From: an uncultured Oscillospiraceae bacterium
Lineage (GTDB): Bacteria > Bacillota > Clostridia > RUG12999
Assembly (NCBI GenBank): GCA_964418245.1
Contig: CAYQKW010000002.1
Coordinates: 9,415 to 73,414 of the forward strand
Reading direction: 5' to 3'
Length of the DNA stretch: 64,000 bases
Below, in pieces: positions 58,262 to 64,000 of this stretch. Within the stretch, counting starts at the first letter, position 1. Every line of letters starts with the position of its first letter. The notes under the pieces were generated by a model. It was given only the letters and a program-made list of their open reading frames with translations. It was not told where the DNA came from and did no database searches. Made by a program: the position numbers and the translations under genes.

Positions 58262-59101
58262 ATGAGTTACAATGAATTAAAGCAACACGGAAGTGAGGAT
58301 TTTCCGATACAATTATATATGATAGACAGCATGCATCCGAAATATGAAATGGCACATCATTGGCACACTCAACTCGAAATAATACGTGTTATATCGGGGA
58401 AGCTGACTGTTGCCTTAAACGGCGAAGAATACGCCGCTTCGGACGGAGATGTTATTGTTGTAAACAGTGAAGTCGTTCATGGTGCAACACCCGAAAATTG
58501 CATATACGAATGTATTGTTTTTTCTTCGGATGTACTCGAAACTTCCGTGAACAAATGCAAAAACTTTATTTTCGGCATAAGCAGTCGTATGATAGAGATG
58601 ACCGAATATTACAAATATAACGATAGTATTTTTTTTGATACGGTAAACAATTTGTTTGAATCAATGAAATCCGATGAGGACGGAGCAAAATTCAAGGCTC
58701 TCGGTGCATTATACACATTTTTCGGCATAATTTCCGACAACAAATATTATAAAATATCATCCGGCGCGGAAGTGAACAAAAGCATAACAAAACTTAAAGA
58801 TGTTTTATATTTCATACGTAATTGCTACGATACTCCGATAACGCTTGAAGATATGGCAAGCACAGCCGGTATGTCGCCGAAATATTTCTGCCGATTTTTC
58901 AAGGAACTTACCGATAAAACTCCCGTGGAATATTTAAACACTTACCGAATAGAGCGTGCCGCACGAAAACTCACCGGAACCGATTTGCCCGTCACGGAAA
59001 TAGCTTTTTCCTGCGGATTTAACGATTTAAGTTATTTTATAAAGACTTTCAAACACTATAAAGGAATGACTCCACGTGAATTTCGGAAACGCCATTATTG
59101 A
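58262..59101 (+). CDS. AraC-family transcriptional regulator, divergent from fucI
   Basis: Cupin N-domain plus HTH ([43 protein letters not shown]...[18 protein letters not shown]). ATG 58262 behind GGAGGA. Confidence 0.85.
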   Translation: MSYNELKQHGSEDFPIQLYMIDSMHPKYEMAHHWHTQLEIIRVISGKLTVALNGEEYAASDGDVIVVNSEVVHGATPENCIYECIVFSSDVLETSVNKCKNFIFGISSRMIEMTEYYKYNDSIFFDTVNNLFESMKSDEDGAKFKALGALYTFFGIISDNKYYKISSGAEVNKSITKLKDVLYFIRNCYDTPITLEDMASTAGMSPKYFCRFFKELTDKTPVEYLNTYRIERAARKLTGTDLPVTEIAFSCGFNDLSYFIKTFKHYKGMTPREFRKRHY

Positions 59102-60072
59102 TTTATTTTTGTAATTTTACCGTCTGTCGAAATCAGCACTGCGGAAAGATTAAGCTTTTTAACAAGCTCGCCGCCTTTTTCTCCGCCGAGTATAAATACG
59201 GCAGTCGAAAGCCCGTCACACAGTGTACCGTCTGTTCCGCATATTGTTACGGACGAAAGTCCGCTTTCGGCAGGATAGCCGGTATACGGAGAAATTATGT
59301 GATGATATATTTTGTTTTCATATTCAAAATATCTTTGATATGCACCGGACGTTATAACATTTTCGTCCGTCACGGCTACGCTTGTTATCGCTTCGTTCGG
59401 TTCATGGGGGTCTGCAATGCCTATGTTCCACGGTGTATCGTTTTTCTTCTCCCCTATTGTGACAACGTTTCCGCCAAGATTTATTATACCTTTTTTTATG
59501 CCGTAATCATTCATCATCGTACGTATCTTATCCGAAAGATACCCTTTTGCTATTCCTCCGAGGTCAAGCATTGTGTTTTCTTGTTTTATCAAATATCCGT
59601 CTGTTATTTCAATTTTACTGTTTGATACCGCTTCAAGGCATTTATTTATCTCCTTGTCCGATGGCGGTACCGATGCATTTTTAACATTCCACAGCTCACA
59701 CAGCGGATACACCGTTATATCAAATGCACCATCTGTTATTTCATTTATATAAATACTCTTTTCGATAATCTCGCTCACGTTTTCGGTGGATTTGATTTTT
59801 TCGCCGGCTTCCGCATGATTATATTTATATATAACACTTTCAGGTTTATATACGCTAATTTCCTTTTCCGCATCGTATATAAGCTGTTCGGCGGCAATTA
59901 CCGCATTTTTTGCATTTTTGCCGTAAAGTTCAAACCGCATATACGTATCAAATGCAAACACTGTTGCTTCATACGGTTTATTTGCGGTATATCCGAAGAA
60001 ATATACAGTTGCCGCCACGGCAACAAACAATGCACATGATATATGTTTTATATGTTTTGTAACAAAATTCAT
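59095..60072 (-). CDS. apbE: FAD:protein FMN transferase (ApbE family), membrane-anchored
   Basis: 325 aa; N-terminal hydrophobic anchor, GGIAKGY and TSGAYQRYFE motifs. Confidence 0.88.
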   Translation of the reverse strand: MNFVTKHIKHISCALFVAVAATVYFFGYTANKPYEATVFAFDTYMRFELYGKNAKNAVIAAEQLIYDAEKEISVYKPESVIYKYNHAEAGEKIKSTENVSEIIEKSIYINEITDGAFDITVYPLCELWNVKNASVPPSDKEINKCLEAVSNSKIEITDGYLIKQENTMLDLGGIAKGYLSDKIRTMMNDYGIKKGIINLGGNVVTIGEKKNDTPWNIGIADPHEPNEAITSVAVTDENVITSGAYQRYFEYENKIYHHIISPYTGYPAESGLSSVTICGTDGTLCDGLSTAVFILGGEKGGELVKKLNLSAVLISTDGKITKINQ

Positions 60073-61041
60073 TTAAATACCTTCTTTTTCGCGCCACATA
60101 TCAAAAATTTCTTTAATTTCCTCAACGGTTACGGCACTTGTTAAAAGATTTTTTATTTTTGCGGCACCTCTGTATCCTTTAACATACCATGTAAGGTGTG
60201 AACGTGCTTCCTTAATCCCGTAATTTTCTCCCCTGCTTTCCACAAGCTTTTCTGTATGATATATCGCCATATCTATAACATCGCTCAAGCTGTGTTCAGT
60301 CACTTGTTTTCCGCCGATATATTCCACACATTCACGCATAAGCCACGGATTGCCCATAATACCCCTGCCGAGCATAACCGCATCACAACCCGTAAATGCA
60401 AACATATCTTCTGCGGACTGCGGAGAAAATATATCCCCATTACCGATAACCGGGATTTTTACGGCGTTTTTAACATCACGTATAACGCTTCTGTCTGCCG
60501 TGCCGCTGTAATACTGCATACGTGTTCTGCTGTGAACCGCAATCGCATCAAGTCCGTTATATTCAAGTATTTTTGCAACTTCAACCGCATTTATTGTGTC
60601 ATTGTCCCAACCCGAACGTATTTTTGCCGTTACGGGAATATTAACCGCAAGTTTAACTTTTTTCACTATTTCTCCTGCAAGTTCGGGGTTTTTCATCAGC
60701 GCACTGCCCTCACCGTTTCCGGCTACTTTCGGTACCGGACAACCCATGTTTATGTCTATTATGTCCGGACGCACGGTTTCAACGGCAATTTTTGCCCCAT
60801 CTGCCATTATATCAGGCTCACTTCCGAATATCTGCACGGCAACAGGTCCTTTTTCCTCATCTATACTCATAAGCTGCATTGTTTTTTTATCCCCGAAACA
60901 CAGTGCCTTTGCGCTTATCATTTCGGTATATAAAAGTCCGGCACCCATATCTTTAAGTATTTTTCTGTAAACTTTATTCGTCACCCCCGCAAGCGGAGCC
61001 GCAAATATATTGTTTTCGGTTTCGATTGAACCTATTTTCAT
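60073..61041 (-). CDS. dusB: tRNA dihydrouridine synthase
   Basis: APLAGVT, DINMGCP, VHSRTR motifs. Start ATG 61041 (GAAAGGA SD 9 nt upstream). Confidence 0.9.
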   Translation of the reverse strand: MKIGSIETENNIFAAPLAGVTNKVYRKILKDMGAGLLYTEMISAKALCFGDKKTMQLMSIDEEKGPVAVQIFGSEPDIMADGAKIAVETVRPDIIDINMGCPVPKVAGNGEGSALMKNPELAGEIVKKVKLAVNIPVTAKIRSGWDNDTINAVEVAKILEYNGLDAIAVHSRTRMQYYSGTADRSVIRDVKNAVKIPVIGNGDIFSPQSAEDMFAFTGCDAVMLGRGIMGNPWLMRECVEYIGGKQVTEHSLSDVIDMAIYHTEKLVESRGENYGIKEARSHLTWYVKGYRGAAKIKNLLTSAVTVEEIKEIFDMWREKEGI

Positions 61042-61263
61042 AAGATTTTTTCCTTTCAAACATTTCTCTTATAAAGTATAACACAAATTTTTGGTTTTGT
61101 CTATATAAAATCTTAAGTTTATCTTTTAAAAAATAAAAAACGCATTGCAAGAAATCTTTACAAAAAATATTTCACATAAGTATGGACAAATGATTGAAAC
61201 TATGATAAAATAAATGCGTGTGCCTTTTCGGTAACATTATAAACAAAGGGGAATCAAACTATA

Positions 61264-62208
61264 ATGAATGAAAAAGAATACAATATAAAAGCGGCTGTTT
61301 TCGGTCATGCTGTCGGTGACGCTTTGGGTGTTCCGGCTGAATTTATGAGCCGTGAAGAGTTGATGGATAATCCTGTCACGGATATGCGCGGTTTCGGAAC
61401 GTATCCGTATCCTCCCGGAACATGGTCGGATGATACAAGCATGACGCTTGCCTGTTTGGACAGCCTTATGTACGGTATTGATTATAATGATATAATGCAA
61501 AAATTTTTTGAATGGTTTAACCGTGCGGAATATACCGCAACGGGCGAAGTGTTTGACATTGGTTCGACAACAAGAAAATCTATTATGAACTATTTTGTAT
61601 ATGATATGCCGGCACTTCAATGCGGTCAAACAAGCATATATGACAACGGTAACGGCTCTCTTGTGCGTATAATCCCGATTGTGCTGTATCTTTATTATTC
61701 TGAATTGAATTCATGTTCCGTTGAGAAAAAGATAAATTACATACACAATGTATCGGCATTAACTCACGGACATTTGCAGTCTCAAACCGGCTGCGGAATT
61801 TATGCTTTTATAATGTGGGAATTGCTGAAAAACAAATCAAAATCCGCCGTATACGACGGACTTGCAAACGCAAAAAAATTTTATGAACAAAACCCGGAAA
61901 TAACAAGTTATGCGCGTGTATTAAATATTGATGTTACAACAATCAGCATCAATCGGATATACGGCAGCGGATATGTGATTGATTGTCTTGAAGCCGCTTT
62001 ATGGTGTCTATTGACCACAGACAGTTATAAAGATTGTGTATTGAAAGCCGTAAGTCTTGGCGATGATGCCGATACAACGGCGGCGGTTGCCGGCGGTCTT
62101 GCCGGTGTACTGTACGGATATGAAAGTATACCGCAAAAATGGATTGATACATTGGCAAGAACCGATTATATCAAAAAGCTTTGCGAAAATGCCGCCATGA
62201 ATTGGTAG
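61264..62208 (+). CDS. ADP-ribosylglycohydrolase-family protein
   Basis: 314 aa; GHAVGDALG, WSDDTSMTLA, GDDADTTAAVAGGLAG metal-binding motifs. Confidence 0.88.
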   Translation: MNEKEYNIKAAVFGHAVGDALGVPAEFMSREELMDNPVTDMRGFGTYPYPPGTWSDDTSMTLACLDSLMYGIDYNDIMQKFFEWFNRAEYTATGEVFDIGSTTRKSIMNYFVYDMPALQCGQTSIYDNGNGSLVRIIPIVLYLYYSELNSCSVEKKINYIHNVSALTHGHLQSQTGCGIYAFIMWELLKNKSKSAVYDGLANAKKFYEQNPEITSYARVLNIDVTTISINRIYGSGYVIDCLEAALWCLLTTDSYKDCVLKAVSLGDDADTTAAVAGGLAGVLYGYESIPQKWIDTLARTDYIKKLCENAAMNW

Positions 62209-62392
62209 CGTTTTTCGGCAGTCGCCGCAAGCTCTGTGCCAAACACCGACTGCTGTGACTGTGCAATCAATAATTATTCATATTGAAAATACCGCCACGT
62301 TGTATAAACATTGAATATGTTTAGAAAAACCGTCTTTGTGTAGCATAAAATTGTAATATTCCATGAAATTCCGTGCAAACAGTGAAAAAATC

Positions 62393-62421
62393 TTGACAAA
62401 ATGTGTATAAAGTAGTATAAT
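62393..62421 (+). promoter_or_regulatory. Candidate consensus sigma-A promoter for ychF
   Basis: TTGACA-N17-TATAAT. Confidence 0.6.
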
Positions 62422-62466
62422 AAAAATATAGTTAATTTAAAATAGGCTGAAAGGATGAAGCAAATA

Positions 62467-63564
62467 ATGAAACTTGGTATAGTGGGTTTGCCCAATGTTG
62501 GGAAAAGCACACTTTTTAATGCGATAACAAAAGCAGGTGCAGAGTCTGCCAATTATCCGTTTTGTACAATAGAACCGAATGTCGGCGTGGTATCCGTTCC
62601 CGACTCGCGTCTCGATACACTTGCCGAAATGTATAATCCGAAAAAAATAACGCCGGCGGTAATTGAATTTGTTGATATTGCCGGTCTTGTAAAAGGTGCA
62701 AGCAAAGGAGAGGGGCTTGGAAACAAATTTTTGTCGCATATCCGCGAAGTTGATGCAATTGTTCATGTTGTACGTTGTTTTGAAGATACAAATATTGTTC
62801 ATGTTGACGGAAGCATAGACCCCATACGCGATGTGGAAACAATAAATTACGAACTTATATTTGCCGACCTTGAAATGGTTGAAAAAAGGATTGAAAAAAC
62901 CGGTAAAATGGCAAAGTCGGGTGATAAAAAATATAAAACGGAACTTGTTGTTCTCGATAAAATAAAAACAGTTCTTGAAGATGGGAAACCGGCAAGAAGT
63001 GCAGAGCTTACAGACGATGAAAACGAGATTTTAAAAGAAGTTGCGTTGCTTACGAAAAAGCCTATAATATATGTTGCGAACGTTTCTGAAAATGATTTTG
63101 CCGACGGTATAGAAAACAATGATTTTGTAAAAAGACTTACCGAACTTGCGGCAAAAGAAAACGCGGAAGTTTTGCCGATAAGCGCAAGAATTGAAGAAGA
63201 AATTTCGGAACTTGAACCCGAAGATAAAGGTGTATTTCTTGCCGATATGGGGCTTGAGGAATCCGGGCTTGACAGGCTTATTAAAGCAAGTTACAAGTTG
63301 CTTGGGCTCATAAGTTATCTTACCGCCGGCGAACCGGAAGTGCGTGCATGGACAATAAAAAAAGGGACGAAAGCACCTCAGGCGGCAGGTAAGATACATT
63401 CCGATTTTGAACGAGGATTTATTAAAGCCGAAGTTGTTTCTTTCAAAGATTTGACAGAAAACAAAACAATGGCGGCGGCAAAAGAAAAAGGTCTTGTGCG
63501 AATGGAAGGAAAAGAATATGTTGTGCAGGACGGCGACATAATATTATTCAGATTTAACGTGTAA
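62467..63564 (+). CDS. ychF: Ribosome-binding ATPase YchF
   Basis: MKLGIVGLPNVGKST, DIAGLVKGASKGEGLGNKFL, C-terminal GKIHSDFERGFI. ATG 62467 preferred over 62455. Confidence 0.95.
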   Translation: MKLGIVGLPNVGKSTLFNAITKAGAESANYPFCTIEPNVGVVSVPDSRLDTLAEMYNPKKITPAVIEFVDIAGLVKGASKGEGLGNKFLSHIREVDAIVHVVRCFEDTNIVHVDGSIDPIRDVETINYELIFADLEMVEKRIEKTGKMAKSGDKKYKTELVVLDKIKTVLEDGKPARSAELTDDENEILKEVALLTKKPIIYVANVSENDFADGIENNDFVKRLTELAAKENAEVLPISARIEEEISELEPEDKGVFLADMGLEESGLDRLIKASYKLLGLISYLTAGEPEVRAWTIKKGTKAPQAAGKIHSDFERGFIKAEVVSFKDLTENKTMAAAKEKGLVRMEGKEYVVQDGDIILFRFNV

Positions 63565-63630
63565 TCGGTTCACATGAATCCGTAAAGGGTGTTGGTAATA
63601 CAATGCCCTTTTGAGATGTTAAATATTGTA

Positions 63631-63660
63631 TTGACTTTTTATGTGCGTTTGTTATATAAT
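63631..63660 (+). promoter_or_regulatory. Candidate sigma-A promoter for the last gene
   Basis: TTGACT-N18-TATAAT. Confidence 0.5.
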
Positions 63661-63722
63661 ATATATCTGCGGAAAACAAAATATTTTCCGCAGGATATGT
63701 ATTGTACCTGAAAGGAGAAACT

Positions 63723-64000
63723 ATGAGATACGAAATTATAAATAAAAAATCGCTTAATCCGACAGTATCCATGATGGAAATAAAAGCACCGTTTGTTGCC
63801 GCAAAGGCAAAACCGGGGCAGTTTATTATTTTGAGGGTGAATGACGAGGGTGAACGAATACCGCTTACCATAGCCGGATTTAACCGTGAAGAAGGAAGCG
63901 TTAAAATTATATATCAAATTGTTGGGGCAACAACGAAGTTGCTCGACAGCAAAAAAACCGGAGAATGTCTTGCCGATTTTGTCGGTCCTTTGGGGCAACC
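63723..64000 (+). CDS. Sulfide/dihydroorotate-dehydrogenase-like FAD/NAD-binding protein (NfnA / GltD-partner type), 5' part only
   Basis: Own translation MRYEIINKKSLNPTVSMMEIKAPFVAAKAKPGQFIILRVNDEGERIPLTIAGFNREEGSVKIIYQIVGATTK...; RIPLTIA flavin-binding motif; runs off the right edge. Confidence 0.7.
   Translation, partial: MRYEIINKKSLNPTVSMMEIKAPFVAAKAKPGQFIILRVNDEGERIPLTIAGFNREEGSVKIIYQIVGATTKLLDSKKTGECLADFVGPLGQ

Noticed and set aside
58137-58355. 73-codon 5' extension of the fucI ORF in the track
   Set aside because: The extension runs through the divergent promoter region and overlaps the AraC start. The FucI-type N-terminus [17 protein letters not shown] begins at ATG 58136 with a well-spaced SD.
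1-64000. Whole-window scan for CRISPR arrays, tRNA/rRNA genes, IS elements, integrated phage genes, toxin-antitoxin pairs or known defence genes
   Set aside because: I saw no regularly spaced direct repeats, no cloverleaf-like GC-rich segments in the intergenic gaps, and no transposase, integrase-plus-att or phage structural motifs. The only recombinase is Xer-like and solitary.

Overview
This 64-kb window looks like ordinary chromosome from a low-GC, spore-forming, anaerobic Firmicute, probably Clostridia. Supporting genes are yunB, remA, rubrerythrin, an ECF folate transporter and an NfnA-like reductase. It is densely coded, with about 60 CDS.

I found no rRNA, tRNA, CRISPR array, IS/transposase or prophage genes.

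The core (22.8-37.7 kb, + strand) is the conserved Bacillus-type 'ylo' housekeeping cluster: yicC-remA-gmk-rpoZ-coaBC-priA-def-fmt-(Zn peptidase)-rsmB-rlmN-stp-prkC-rsgA-rpe-thiN. It is followed by a membrane-anchored repeat protein, cvpA, a DUF624-like protein and an M16 peptidase pair.

The left part holds:
- GH2, GH13 and AraC genes;
- a DUF1385-prmC-thrS-prfA operon;
- an ADH/SDR module;
- prs;
- a THF-riboswitch-controlled folT-folC operon;
- an amino-acid ABC transporter;
- a GH2 beta-mannosidase.

The right part holds:
- a kduI gene with an in-frame 269-codon upstream extension;
- rubrerythrin and fba;
- two G3E/COG0523-type GTPase genes, one with a His/Cys-rich tandem repeat;
- a tyrosine recombinase with an unusual leader palindrome;
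- a sulP-GGDEF-mgtC-SGNH-SGNH operon;
- yunB, fucI plus AraC, apbE-dusB, an ADP-ribosylglycohydrolase, ychF, and the start of an NfnA-like gene.

I do not see a convincing multi-gene novel system such as a defence island. The best second-look items are the kduI fusion, the metallochaperone-like gene pair, the recombinase leader switch and the mixed-function sulP-GGDEF operon. Many start codons were moved from the ORF-track coordinates on the basis of Shine-Dalgarno (SD) spacing and expected N-termini. All family assignments rest on motifs read by eye and on recalled family knowledge, not on database searches.
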